A program made the position numbers and the translations under genes. A stretch of 63,752 nucleotides of DNA, counting the filler, from Octopus bimaculoides (Eukaryota), in NCBI RefSeq assembly GCF_001194135.2. It is 6 parts of 6 records of this genome, joined end to end, with 100 filler letters (N's around TTAATTAATTAA, not from the genome) between each part and the next. Parts side by side here need not be neighbours in the genome. Positions count along the whole stretch, not along the records: positions 37,843 to 47,791 come from NC_068993.1; positions 47,892 to 54,152 come from NC_069006.1; 4 more parts are not named here. The stretch is one strand, 5' to 3'. The notes beneath the pieces were generated by a model. That model worked only from the letters and a program-made list of their open reading frames with translations, did no database searches and was not told where the DNA came from. This document shows, in pieces, positions 38,115-50,924 of this stretch (its first letter is position 1; every line of letters begins with the position of its first letter).

Positions 38115-38245
38115 GTCATTTTTGTCGAAGAGCGTAGGCTCGAAACGTCAGACTTTTTTTCCATTCTTCCGAGCATTACTCTAATACACCTGCTTGTTGT
38201 TCCTTCACTTGTCTTCGTCTTTTGTTTTCTGTAAATTTGAACTCT
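38115..38245 (+). mobile_element. Dispersed repeat (PLE-LTR-like) with a hammerhead-like core variant
   Basis: gtcgaagagcgtaggctcgaaacgtcagac; related to 21180-21340. Confidence 0.5.
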
Positions 38246-38320
38246 GTGTGTGTGTGTGCGTGTGTGTGCGCGCGTGCGTATGTATGTATACATACATACA
38301 TTCATACATACATGCATACA

Positions 38321-38351
<31 letters not shown>

Positions 38352-38361
38352 GCATATATAT

Positions 38362-38433
38362 TTATTCCCACTTAAACGTGGACGTTCTGTTACAACAAAC
38401 TTTACTGGGGTAGAAACTACGAGAGAAACTCTC
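38362..38433 (+). repeat. Local dispersed ~70-bp repeat (copies at 38362, 40098, 40421)
   Basis: ttcccacttaaacgtggacgttctgttacaacaaactttactggggtagaaactacgagagaaactctc occurs three times with divergence. Confidence 0.85.
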
Positions 38434-38668
38434 ATATTGGCTTTTGTAGATAAACAGACGACACTAAGTAGTACCATCTGGCTGATAACTGTTGAAGAAT
38501 TAGGGACATGTGGCTGTTTTCCGTCCAGTTCCACACTCAGTATACGTGATACGTTTTTTTACCTGTCGTCTGTTTATTTATAACACATTTTTTTTTCATT
38601 TATTAAGTAACATAACGCAACGCACCCTGGCTTTTATTAACAGTAAGTTCTATATATCTGTGCGACTA

Positions 38669-38800
38669 TATTTCTAGCCTTCACCCTTTCTCCTTGTTTT
38701 CTCTTTCTCGCCCTCTTACTTCTATTTCTAGCCTTTCCACTTTCTCCTTTTTTACTCTCTCTCTCGCCATCTTACTTCTATTTCTAGCCTTTCTCTTTTT
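38669..38800 (+). repeat. ~55-bp minisatellite, about 2.4 units
   Basis: tatttctagcctt begins at 38669, 38723 and 38779. Confidence 0.85.
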
Positions 38801-40007
38801 TACCCCTTCATCCCTTCGTTTGTTTTCTCTCTGTCGCTCTCTCTCTACCTGTCTCTCCTCTGCCTGCTACTGACATGTGACCCGTGACCAGCCTTTCATT
38901 CTTTCTCTCCCTTTTTCACACCGGTTGCGTAGTTGACCGGTCCTAAGTTCTCTGTGTCCCGCTGTCTGCTATTTATTGTTTTCTAATCCTTTAAGATGCC
39001 TTCTAAGCGTTATCCACCATTCTTGTCTTTTTGGCCCTGAGGCTATATTATACCCGCTTCTTATTTATTTCGTCTTTGTCCCAGCCACTGCTGCGCCTAT
39101 ATATATANNNNNNNNNNNNNNNNNNNNNNNNNNNNNNNNNNNNNNNNNNNNNNNNNNNNNNNNNNNNNNNNNNNNNNNNNNNNNNNNNNNNNNNNNNNNN
39201 NNNNNNNNNNNNNNNNNNNNNNNNNNNNNNNNNNNNNNNNNNNNNNNNNNNNNNNNNNNNNNNNNNNNNNNNNNNNNNNNNNNNNNNNNNNNNNNNNNNN
39301 NNNNNNNNNNNNNNNNNNNNNNNNNNNNNNNNNNNNNNNNNNNNNNNNNNNNNNNNNNNNNNNNNNNNNNNNNNNNNNNNNNNNNNNNNNNNNNNNNNNN
39401 NNNNNNNNNNNNNNNNNNNNNNNNNNNNNNNNNNNNNNNNNNNNNNNNNNNNNNNNNNNNNNNNNNNNNNNNNNNNNNNNNNNNNNNNNNNNNNNNNNNN
39501 NNNNNNNNNNNNNNNNNNNNNNNNNNNNNNNNNNNNNNNNNNNNNNNNNNNNNNNNNNNNNNNNNNNNNNNNNNNNNNNNNNNNNNNNNNNNNNNNNNNN
39601 NNNNNNNNNNNNNNNNNNNNNNNNNNNNNNNNNNNNNNNNNNNNNNNNNNNNNNNNNNNNNNNNNNNNNNNNNNNNNNNNNNNNNNNNNNNNNNNNNNNN
39701 NNNNNNNNNNNNNNNNNNNNNNNNNNNNNNNNNNNNNNNNNNNNNNNNNNNNNNNNNNNNNNNNNNNNNNNNNNNNNNNNNNNNNNNNNNNNNNNNNNNN
39801 NNNNNNNNNNNNNNNNNNNNNNNNNNNNNNNNNNNNNNNNNNNNNNNNNNNNNNNNNNNNNNNNNNNNNNNNNNNNNNNNNNNNNNNNNNNNNNNNNNNN
39901 NNNNNNNNNNNNNNNNNNNNNNNNNNNNNNNNNNNNNNNNNNNNNNNNNNNNNNNNNNNNNNNNNNNNNNNNNNNNNNNNNNNNNNNNNNNNNNNNNNNN
40001 NNNNNNN

Positions 40008-40053
<46 letters not shown>

Positions 40054-41251
40054 GTGTGTGCGTGTTTATATGTAAATTTATGTATATATTAGAAAACTTA
40101 TTCCCACTTAAATGTGGCTGTTCTGTTAGAACAAACTTTACTGCGGTAGATACCCATGAGAGAAACTCTCTTGGCGCAAAATGCACACTTGCTGATATCG
40201 CTTGCAAGGGAGACCATCAGATTACGTGATTACGACCTTCTTTTGTTTCATCAGTGATGGACTCTCGATCGTTTGAGATAACAGAATCTCATCTCACCGC
40301 CACTGATTTATCGAAAGTTAGAGCCTAAACAGGCTCTGTTGCCGCGATTAGCCAATGAGCTTGTTAAAAATATATATATACATTACCAACAGAGGCCGTA
40401 TTAATGCCATGAGGTAATACTTGTTCTCACTTAAACGTGGACGTTCTGTTAGAGCAAAGTTTACTGCGGTAGATACCTTGAAAGGAAATGTCATAGTGAA
40501 GTTAGTGTATTACTCTTCCGGTACGAAGAGATACAACGGTATCCGATAACTAGTAACTATTGTGGCTACTAGCGTAAAACAGGAACTACAGTACAACGGC
40601 AGTCACACATCACACCAGTGGGAGGAACCCACTTTACAACAGTGGCGACGAGGAAAAACAAATTTACGCGGAGTGAAAAAATAGAAAAACATTCACACGG
40701 AGAGTTTAAACTGATTCACGTGGAAAATTAAATAACTCGACAAAAGAGAAACAAAATCTTGTGCAACTTACAAAAATTGTAAAATATGGAAGACTTCTTA
40801 GCTGGGGTAGTTGAGTTGCAAAAACTGCAACAACAACTCAAGGAACAATATTATTTTGTGCAAAATGTACTCTTGTTTTAATCTCCAGCGAAGAGATAAA
40901 TCGCCACCAACTCCAGCGTCGAAACCACCAGGTCATGGGATTTGGACCTTCCATGGTTTCATCCTCGAGGGACAGCTAAATATTACCTCTCGGTATTAAA
41001 ACTGCCTTTGTCGCTAATGTATNNNNNNNNNNNNNNNNNNNNNNNNNNNNNNNNNNNNNNNNNNNNNNNNNNNNNNNNNNNNNNNNNNNNNNNNNNNNNN
41101 NNNNNNNNNNNNNNNNNNNNNNNNNNNNNNNNNNNNNNNNNNNNNNNNNNNNNNNNNNNNNNNNNNNNNNNNNNNNNNNNNNNNNNNNNNNNNNNNNNNN
41201 NNNNNNNNNNNNNNNNNNNNNNNNNNNNNNNNNNNNNNNNNNNNNNNNNNN

Positions 41252-41336
<85 letters not shown>

Positions 41337-41464
41337 TACATACATACATACGTACGTACGTACGTACGTACGTATATATCTTTTATCTCTTATCTTTTAC
41401 TTCTTTCGGTCATACAACTGCAGTCATGCTGGAGTACCATCTTGAAGGGGACAAATGCAAACAT

Positions 41465-41498
<34 letters not shown>

Positions 41499-42195
41499 GA
41501 TTTTGAGATGGGTGGGGTGATGAAACATGAGAAAAGGTTCAACAAAATATTTGCAAATATCCAGCCATGTATTGCAGGGGAAGTAAGTCTTACTAAGTTT
41601 TGAGTTGTGTCCCTTAAATTGTGAGTGTCAACATTACAGACGGGAAAGTTAAGCATTAATTCAAAGGTTAGATTTATTGATTGACAACAATAGCATAAGT
41701 TGGCAATATTTGATGTAATCAAGTGTTAATTAGATAAGAATCCGTATATAACTCATTCTCTTTTATCAGTCGTTAGATGACTAAAAACAAAAAATGTTAA
41801 ATAGCAACAAACTATGTATAAATCTTTTGGAGACTGAAGGGAGGTAACTCTGTTCCACGTAAAACGTTCTGCACGATTATTAAATGATTTTGTTATTCAC
41901 CAATCTTTACATATAAAGAGTTACTTGAATATTTATGTACATTGTACTCTCCAAAGTGTGTGCTTGTGCACCCTCTCACGTTTTGCAACTACTAAAGAAA
42001 ACGATTTTTTAAGAAAAAGTCGGATTTTTTTTTTAACATTGACGTGTTAGCATCGATGCACACTTACTATGCAAAAAGAAGAAATTTGCAAACACTGGAG
42101 AGTTCCTGCGCATGTTGACAGCAAAAAGTTAGTAGCAGCATTGCTTGTGTAGCTGTTAACAATTGAGTGTTAACAATTTGTAACATTAATGGATT

Positions 42196-43418
42196 TTACG
42201 AGATAGTCAATGTAGCTGTGAAATCTTGCATTTATTAATTTCAACACTTTTTATTAATAATTAATTGTTTCTTTCCAGGTAAATGGACATCTAACTGTTC
42301 AAAGAAGACTTCAAAAGTAAATAGCAGAGATTTCTCTTGAAAATGCACAAAATTTCGTATTGTGGTGTTATCAAGTACCAGCAGAAAAAGGACATTCATG
42401 TTGACATGGTTGCTACATTAGGAGATGACACTCCAGCTTCATCAACAGTGCAGAAGTGGAAAGCTGAATTTAGGAGAGCAACGGAGAATCACTGAAGATG
42501 ACTCGTGGTTTAGATGAGGAAAACATTGATCGTGTTCACCACTTGCTAACGGATGATGGGCGATAGACCATACACCAAATAGCCAATGCTATATCTTGTG
42601 AGAGAGTTGCGAATGTTCTGCACAATGAAGTTGGCATGATAAAGGTTTCTGTTCGGTGGGTGCTGCATCTTCTGACACCTAATCAAAAGTGCACCAGACT
42701 GATCATATCACAGGAAAACCTGACATTGTCTGAAGCAGATCCAGTTGGTTTCCTTGAACGCTAAGCTAGGATGAGTGTTTGGTTCATCACTTTGAGCCCG
42801 AGATAAAGAGACAATGCAGTGGAAACTCTCCCCACTCTTCTGCTCCAAAGATAGCCATAGTTGTTTCATTTGCAGGGGAGGTGATGGCTTCAGTTTTGGA
42901 GGATGCAAAAGGCGTTGTGCATATTGACTAACTTCAAAAGGTCACTTCATTAACAGAGAGTAGTATGCCAACATACTGAGGCAGTTACAAAAGGCTATCA
43001 AGACCAAACGCCCAGGAAAACTGACAAAAGATTCTTGTTTCATTAATACAATGCTCTAGCACATAAGTTCTTGGTTTCAACGACTGCTGTGCGTGATTGT
43101 GGCTCTGAATCAAGAGAATAAGGAGAGTGGTCAACACTCTCCCTATTCTCCTGATTTGGCCCCATCTTATTATCATCTGTTTTCCAACACACCTGACTGG
43201 GAATGGGTATTGTAGTGATGATGACGTCACATCGGCAGCTGATGACTTTTTTGACCAACAGGTTGAAAACCTCGTCACCAATGGAATCTAAGCACTGTAA
43301 AACCGACAGAAGTGTGTGAACCACAAAGAGGACTATGCTGAAAAAATAAACCTCATTTGGTCTCATTCCATAAAGGTATCTTAGTCATTTTTATGAACAT
43401 TTCAGTCGACTTTCTTAT
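42196..43418 (+). mobile_element. Near full-length decayed mariner (irritans/Hsmar2-like) transposase pseudogene
   Basis: From ATG 42343, fragments DIHVDMVATLGDDTPASSTVQKWKAEFRR, EENIDRVHHLL, KVSVRWVLHLLTPNQK, ECLVHHFEPE, QLQKAIKTKRPGKLTK, HSPYSPDLAPSYYHLF, KCVNHKEDYAEK; many indels and stops; degenerate TIRs at both ends. Confidence 0.9.
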
Positions 43419-44204
43419 TCTTCGTTGAGATCAAAGTAGTCCTTCATATATTCACATTTGCTTTCCATTCTTGCTGAATTCAATAAAATGTTGCTAATTA
43501 AGTTACTGTGGTCTTTACTCCTATCAAACCCGGTCGTTTTTTTTGTTTTGTTTTTTTCTTGGAAGTGGAGTTGAAAATCTGCTAGACCAACACCGTTTGT
43601 CAAGCGGTTTGAGGGACAATATAAACACGTATTTCTGCACGAGTCACACACACACACATACACAATCCCCGCATAAGTGCATGCATAACTTATTAACTTA
43701 TTGTCAAATGATATGCTGATACTTCAGCTGTAGGAAACTCAGATGTACCATCTTCAGTACTACTGTGACACCAAATTCCATAACATTTGCTGAATTTACT
43801 CTTGCAATGCTGTGATACCATCTCAAGCAAGCACAAATACCTTCATATTGTACGAAATATAATTATGCGTGGGTATTACGATATATTCATGAAGCTGGAC
43901 CATCTCTTTTATTGGTCGTGGTTTATATTATGGTTTATATATAATTATTTATACTCGGAATGTGGGGGTAGTATTATATATTTTGGTGATGTTGGCCGGT
44001 TTTGTTGGATATGTTTAACCTTGAGGAGAAATGTCTTTTTGAGGGGCTACAATCATAACTAAGTGGGATTCAGTAGTTCCATATATCAAGGAGGTGTTAT
44101 TTTATTGAATCTGGAATATCTTCTTTGTTCTTGATAGTGTTGCCTTTCTGCTTTTCAAACGCGGCGAGCTCTTTCTATGCCCCATTTTCACTACTTTTTC
44201 AATT

Positions 44205-44555
44205 TTGCCTTTGGGTAACAATTTTACCCAAAAACAATGGAAAATTGCCAGTGTTATTCCATAGTTCAAAAAAGAAAATTAACAGCATATTCTCTGTCAA
44301 TTACCATTTAGTCAGTCTCATAAGGTGTGTTGCCAAATTAGTGGAGTCCTGTATCAGAGAGAGAGACACTCTGGAACTTCTAAAACTCTCATAACCTTAT
44401 TCAATCCACACAACCTCAATTTATCCCTAATTCCAGCTGCAATTCCCGATTCATTGAATTTCTTGAAGACACTGCCTGAAATTTAAGTCGGCTGCTCATG
44501 AGTAAATGTTATCAATCCTGATTTCGCCAAAGCCTTTTATGGTGTCACTTGACTT
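44205..44555 (+). mobile_element. CR1/L2-clade LINE reverse-transcriptase fragment
   Basis: QWKIASVIP*FKK, NYHLVSLIRCVAKLVESCI, PNSSCNSRFIEFL and DFAKAF motifs across frameshifts. Confidence 0.7.
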
Positions 44556-44935
44556 CTGTCGGCAATGGACATGAAGGCTGTTTATAATAGGTTCAGCGAG
44601 TTACTTCCCATAGTTATATATTAAATAGTTGAATGAAGAGGTTTTGAGATACTAGAATGAAGTATCTTTGAAAAGTGTAAAGAAATTAGAAGATCTTCCA
44701 CAAGATGACTAACATGGAAGTGAAGGACATCACAAAGTATTTGTGTGGCGGATCCCACTTAGCGAAATTGTTATTGCTAAGTCCCCAATGTATGTGAGCT
44801 TTCACCAAGTAGCACAACACTTCAAGTCCACTACCAAAATATAGTGTGAGGTACACAGTAATCATCATCATCATCATCACCATCACCATCACCACCAACA
44901 CCACCACCGTCGTCGTTGCTGTTATTATTATTATT

Positions 44936-45160
44936 AAGGTAGTGAGCTGGCAGATTCGTTAGCACACCGGGCGGAATGCTTAGCGGTAATTCATCTGCCG
45001 TTACGTTCTGAGTTCTAGTTCCACCGACGTCGACTTTGCCTTTCATCCTTTCGGGGTCGATAAAATAAGTAGTTATGAAACACTGGGGTCGATGTAATCA
45101 ACTGGACTCCTCCCACCAAACTTCAAGCCTTGTGCTTTCAGTAGAAAGGATTATTATTAC
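44936..45160 (+). mobile_element. Full-length SINE family B
   Basis: aaggtagtgagctggcagattcgttagcacaccgggcggaatgcttagcgg...gtcgactttgcctttcatcctttcggggtcgataaaataag...ggattattatt. Confidence 0.9.
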
Positions 45161-45409
45161 TATTTTCTATAAGGTCGATGATGGTGATTATATATATATT
45201 GTATATATATATATATATATATTGTATATATATATATATATATTGTATATATATATATATATATATATTGCCAGACCAATATAATATACCACCACACTAA
45301 TGCCTTCACCACTAATTTTGTGTACAAGATTAATATCAGCTAAATATAAACTTCGTTGTATAACCTTCCTCTTTACACTATACGCAATTTGCACTACAAA
45401 AAGTTCTCA

Positions 45410-46040
45410 ACAAACCTCGACACCTAGTATACAATGGTGCCGTAGTAACTGCTCTAGTACGACTCCCACACGTCTCAGTGACGTATCCACGCTGTAATGA
45501 GTACAACACCACTTTTACTCCTCGGTATGAAAAATAATCCAGAACTGTAACACTTATTTGTTATTTGGTCATAAACTCACCATTACCAATTATCGGACAC
45601 AGAACGACCTGCTTATCAATATTCGGATAAAAAATATGTGCTGGTTCTAGTAGCAAATCAGAAACTGACCAAGACGCCTGAATCCTGCGCGAGTAGATGT
45701 CCATTATATGAAGAAATTACAGCAAATGGAATTTGTTGGAAACATGCTATTAATATCACTATAATAGAACAGGCAGTAACATAATTTAATCCAGCAAATA
45801 GCCACAGCATAATCTTGTACATAACTTTGATATCCAAGCAACCGAGCGGAAATACCCTCACTGGAATCAATGACATTATCGAACGAACGACATCTTTGGG
45901 ATCGACTCAGTATGGAAAAACGGTGTGTGGAACATGTTTTATACTCTACGACATTCATCTTGTGAAGAAGCCTACGCAAACAAGAGTAACAAAATATAAA
46001 ATATCTGAGTGGGAATTCTTAACTGTTGGCATGAGCAGGA
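45410..46040 (+). mobile_element. Ancient RTE-clade LINE RT C-terminal remnant
   Basis: VYNGAVVTAL(*)YDS resembles VYKAVVLTTLLYGS; RAEIPSLESM...EHVLYS resembles RANIPSIESM...KQVLYS. Heavily degraded. Confidence 0.45.
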
Positions 46041-46580
46041 ATGTACTTGCAAGACTATACTAAATACATAAATGTATCTAATTCGAACTGGATCACTTTT
46101 ATCCTATTTTATCATAATTTATATAATTTTTATTCTGTAATTAGTGCACTATCTCAGTGAGGGAGGTAACAACAATTACAATTAAAGAAGGATTAACTCC
46201 CTTGGAATACATACCATGTATAATGTTTCTTCAAATTCCTATTTCCCCTTATCCATGATCCTTGGATGGAAGAATGTCATAAGCAATTCCTGATCAAAGA
46301 ATTACTGAATTATTCGCTAAAATAAAACACTCGCTACTTGGCCATTATTTTCAATTTCATTAAAGAATTTATTATCTACCTCTCCACTGTTCAACTCTCT
46401 CATTTGAACTGGTAACAACACCACCCTCATGACACATACCGAGAGAAATGCAGTATATACACGTGTTTGAAGATTCTGTGAAAGACTGAAAATTAATTTC
46501 AATATTTTAAAAGTGACTTAAGTTTTGTAATACATACCTTGCTATAGATAAGTTCTTGTTATATATATATACATATAGAG

Positions 46581-46899
46581 GACTGGCCTTCGTAGGATTT
46601 TCGAGCGAGATCGTTGCCAGTGCCCCTGGACTGGCTCCTGTGCGGGTGGCACATAAAATACACCATTTTGAGCGTGGCTGTTGCCAGTACCGCCTGACTG
46701 GCCTTCGTGCGGGTGACACGTAAAAGCACCCACTACACACTCTGAGTGGTTGGCGTTAGGAAGGGCATCCAGCTGTAGAAACTCTGCCAAATCAGATTGG
46801 AGCCTGGTGTTGCCATCCGGTTTCACCAGTCTTCAGTCAAATCGTCCAACCCATGCTAGCATGGAAAGCGGACGTTAAACGACGATGATGATGATGATA
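46581..46899 (+). mobile_element. RTE-LINE-type 3' end or derived SINE (family D1) with (GAT)n tail
   Basis: Repeated ggtggcacataaaa / ggtgacacgtaaaagcaccc modules, ggaagggcatccagctgtagaaac, and ...aacccatgctagcatggaaagcggacgttaaacgacgatgatgatg; related copies at 60995-61065 (-) and 61768-61969 (+). Confidence 0.7.
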
Positions 46900-47518
46900 G
46901 AGAGGCAACAGCTGAGAGATGCTCGATATAGAAACCAGTAGTGCTCAAATGATTTCAACTTACACTCCGAAATCTTTACCAAGGATCAAGTCTGCAGGGT
47001 AAAGATCAGCGCTCTATTTTTATATATATATAACCCAAGCAGTTTATTTGTTTATTTGCATTGTCATCTACACACACACACACATATATATAGACATATA
47101 AATATGCATATATATTTCTGGCTAGTATGTCTGGCGAGTCATCTATATTGCCAAGTACATGAGTAAACCCTAAACCAATAGTAACTTTCTGACCTGTTAT
47201 ACACCATAACCAGGAATATACTACACAACTATTTATTTATTTATATATACATATATATCCTTTAAGTTTGTTTATGTGAAACGTTTTTGAGTGCACTCAT
47301 AAAAAGCTCCTATGCTATTTATTCGGGCTACCGCTTATTATTCCTATCTTCCAGAGTAATTTTATGAGATGGCTATGAAAATCTATGGATATTGCAAATC
47401 CTATTTGTTATATGGATGGGGAATACAGCAACTAAAATGTGAGGTTTGTGGAAACATACGTAACAATGCATTAAAGGATTTATGAATTTCCATCCAAAAG
47501 TTACAACTATATATATAT

Positions 47519-47791
47519 ATATATAGTTTTAGGGAAAAGAACCAAGTTTCATGAACTCCTCGATGAAAATCCACTATTATCTTTATCTTATGATATTTAC
47601 TATGTATTATATTATGCTCATTTATTGTGCTTTTAATTATTAATTTTTCTATATGTGATAGTGGATTTTCATCGATGAGTTCACGAAACTTGGTTCTTTT
47701 CCCTAAAACTATATATTTATATATATTTTAATCTGTAAAGCTCAATTTAATTTTAATTTTTTATAAATTGATTTTAATTGAGTTTTTACCT
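47519..47791 (+). mobile_element. AT-rich repeat with a 59-bp fold-back; second copy at 62337-62495
   Basis: Inverted arms 47519-47577 / 47658-47716 (2 mismatches); 47630-47791 is about 90% similar by eye to 62337-62495. Confidence 0.8.
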
Positions 47792-47989
47792 NNNNNNNNN
47801 NNNNNNNNNNNNNNNNNNNNNNNNNNNNNNNNNNNTTAATTAATTAANNNNNNNNNNNNNNNNNNNNNNNNNNNNNNNNNNNNNNNNNNNNATATATATA
47901 TATATATATATATATATACACGTATACATATGTACGCATATACATATGTACATATGTATACATGTGTATACATATGTACATATGTATAC

Positions 47990-48020
<31 letters not shown>

Positions 48021-48301
48021 CGTATACATATGTATGTATGTGCATGTATATATATGTCCATGTATATATGTGCATATATATATGTGCATGTATATATGTA
48101 TGTGTGTGTACGTATGTATATGTGCGTATATATGTATATGCGCATGTATGTATGAGCGAGTGTGTATGTCTCATTATGTCTTATGTATATGCACGTACAT
48201 ATAGAAAAGATCACCATCAAAAATACATAGATATATAAATGTGTATGTGCACATATATATATATATATACAAACACACACATACATATGCATACATACAT
48301 T

Positions 48302-48357
<56 letters not shown>

Positions 48358-48447
48358 GATAGATAAATAGATAGATAGATAGATAGATATACATACATAT
48401 CTATATACCCATGGGCGTACACACTGTAACACACACATACACACAGA

Positions 48448-48479
<32 letters not shown>

Positions 48480-49385
48480 NNNNNNNNNNNNNNNNNNNNN
48501 NNNNNNNNNNNNNNNNNNNNNNNNNNNNNNNNNNNNNNNNNNNNNNNNNNNNNNNNNNNNNNNNNNNNNNNNNNNNNNNNNNNNNNNNNNNNNNNNNNNN
48601 NNNNNNNNNNNNNNNNNNNNNNNNNNNNNNNNNNNNNNNNNNNNNNNNNNNNNNNNNNNNNNNNNNNNNNNNNNNNNNNNNNNNNNNNNNNNNNNNNNNN
48701 NNNNNNNNNNNNNNNNNNNNNNNNNNNNNNNNNNNNNNNNNNNNNNNNNNNNNNNNNNNNNNNNNNNNNNNNNNNNNNNNNNNNNNNNNNNNNNNNNNNN
48801 NNNNNNNNNNNNNNNNNNNNNNNNNNNNNNNNNNNNNNNNNNNNNNNNNNNNNNNNNNNNNNNNNNNNNNNNNNNNNNNNNNNNNNNNNNNNNNNNNNNN
48901 NNNNNNNNNNNNNNNNNNNNNNNNNNNNNNNNNNNNNNNNNNNNNNNNNNNNNNNNNNNNNNNNNNNNNNNNNNNNNNNNNNNNNNNNNNNNNNNNNNNN
49001 NNNNNNNNNNNNNNNNNNNNNNNNNNNNNNNNNNNNNNNNNNNNNNNNNNNNNNNNNNNNNNNNNNNNNNNNNNNNNNNNNNNNNNNNNNNNNNNNNNNN
49101 NNNNNNNNNNNNNNNNNNNNNNNNNNNNNNNNNNNNNNNNNNNNNNNNNNNNNNNNNNNNNNNNNNNNNNNNNNNNNNNNNNNNNNNNNNNNNNNNNNNN
49201 NNNNNNNNNNNNNNNNNNNNNNNNNNNNNNNNNNNNNNNNNNNNNNNNNNNNNNNNNNTCAATAATTTCTAGTCGAATGAATCAACACCAGTACTTTGTT
49301 TTTCTTAAGCTTGGTAATAATTCTCTCGATGACATTTGCCAAACCGCTAAGTTACAGGTGGGAGACAGACAGACAGACAGACAGT

Positions 49386-49419
<34 letters not shown>

Positions 49420-49421
49420 TA

Positions 49422-49656
49422 CAGGGTGGCCCAAAAGTAGGTTTACAGTTATTCAACTATCTCTTTCGCATTCATATATTAACAGTTTAGATCTTAATTA
49501 TAGAAAAATATGAAACCATTATTCTATGGTAATTTAGTTAATTTTGTCAAGCTCCCTTTTCAGTTTGTAAAATAGTAATTTAAATGTAATAAAATGTTTT
49601 AAAAGCAGTTTAAAGGGCCTACGTGATAACTGTAAACCTACTTTTGGGCCACCCTG
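49422..49656. mobile_element. Tc1/mariner-type MITE (235 bp)
   Basis: Perfect 31-bp TIRs CAGGGTGGCCCAAAAGTAGGTTTACAGTTAT and TA target duplication (49420-49421, 49657-49658); no coding interior. Confidence 0.95.
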
Positions 49657-50357
49657 TACGTGATTACAACGCACAATTAACTCTTGATTAATTAATAGAT
49701 ACTGCGTAATGATAACCCTAGGATGTAGTGAGCCGTTCCTTGCATCAACTAACCTTCTACGCAGCAATATTAAGACCAACAACAGTCCTAAAACTCCACC
49801 AAGCTTTGTAGACGATACCTCTATAAACCAGACTTATTTATGTGTCTCTCATTTGAATGAGAAAATTGTGTGTGTGTGCATGCATACACATTGGTACTCT
49901 CTACTCTGATCAGGTAGATACGGCTGATTTTCACTTTCAACAGATATAAGTTAACATCTGCAGGAGAAATATGGCAGATGTTGTTATTTAGTGTCAGGTC
50001 AACCTTAAATGAACAAAATTATCATCAAAGGCATTGTAACTGTGATCATCCTGTCATTTGTTTTGATCTTTGCTGTCTTTTTTGTTTTGTTTTGTTTTAC
50101 TAAATTCAAGAATTGTAGGCCTACTGTATCCACCTTGTCCCTTTCTGAGACAAAAGATGGTAGGATAAAGAAGCTAATTGTCAGAGTCCTTGGACTGTAG
50201 TGATCATAGTAGATCGAATGAGATTCAAATGAAGAGTTGCGTATTCTTAAAGGGGAGCAACTACAATGAGAACTAGACAAAACTGGATGCAGGAATAGCT
50301 GTGCAGTTGAAAAGTTCAATTTGCAAGCTCATGGATAATGTATATAAGTAAGCAGGC

Positions 50358-50654
50358 TCGTGAACTCCGTCGCTTACGACGAGGGCTGCGGTCGATCTGA
50401 TCGACGGAACAGCCTCATCGTGAAATTAACGCACAAGTGGCTGAGCACTCCGCAGATACCAGTACACTTAACGTAGCTCTCGGGGAGATTCAGCGTGATA
50501 CACCAGACGGGACAAGGCTGGTCTCTTTTGAATTAAAAGCACAACTCATTTTTACCAGCTGAGTAAAATAAAGTCTCATACACGCCGCTGGGAATCGAAC
50601 ACGAGGTCATACGATTGTCAGCCAAATATTCTGACCGCTAAGTTAAGCGCCTTC
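50358..50654 (-). mobile_element. tRNA-derived SINE family D
   Basis: Minus head gaaggcgcttaacttagcggtcagaatatttggctgacaatcg...gtgttcgattcccagc; body cacgctgaatctccccgagagctacgttaag...gagtgctcagccacttgtgcgttaatttcacg...cctcgtcgtaagcgacggag. Confidence 0.75.
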
Positions 50655-50710
50655 GTGTGTGTGTGTTTTACAAAAAGAGAGAGTGAGTGAGTGAGTGAGT
50701 GAGTGTGTAT

Positions 50711-50870
50711 GTAGGCTCAGGCCTTGTGTGGTTAACAAGTTCGCATTGGGACCACGTGGTTCCAGGTTCGCTGCGACTGCCCAACACCTTGGAGAAATGT
50801 CTTCGACCCCGGCCGACCGATTCCTTTTGATTGACTTTTATGCATGGAAACGGTGAGAAAGCCTCTCGTC

Positions 50871-50872
<2 letters not shown>
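50711..50872 (+). mobile_element. Diverged SINE family A head
   Basis: aggctcaggccttgtgtggttaacaag...ggttccaggttcg...caccttggagaaatgtcttc...ggaaacggtgagaaagcctctcgtc followed by (TA)n. Confidence 0.6.

Positions 50873-50924
<52 letters not shown>

Noticed and set aside
38362-40490. Repeat-spacer pattern considered as CRISPR-like
   Set aside because: Only three diverged ~70-bp copies with very unequal spacing in eukaryotic DNA, and no cas genes.
43700-43790. CTGAAGA...ACAGCTG on the minus strand, resembling the 33790 hammerhead family
   Set aside because: The GAAAC box and cleavage triplet are absent and no stems can be formed.
46140-46520. CIYCISLGMC on the minus strand as a possible GIY-YIG start
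   Set aside because: No YIG/YVG or downstream R...H motif; too weak to call.
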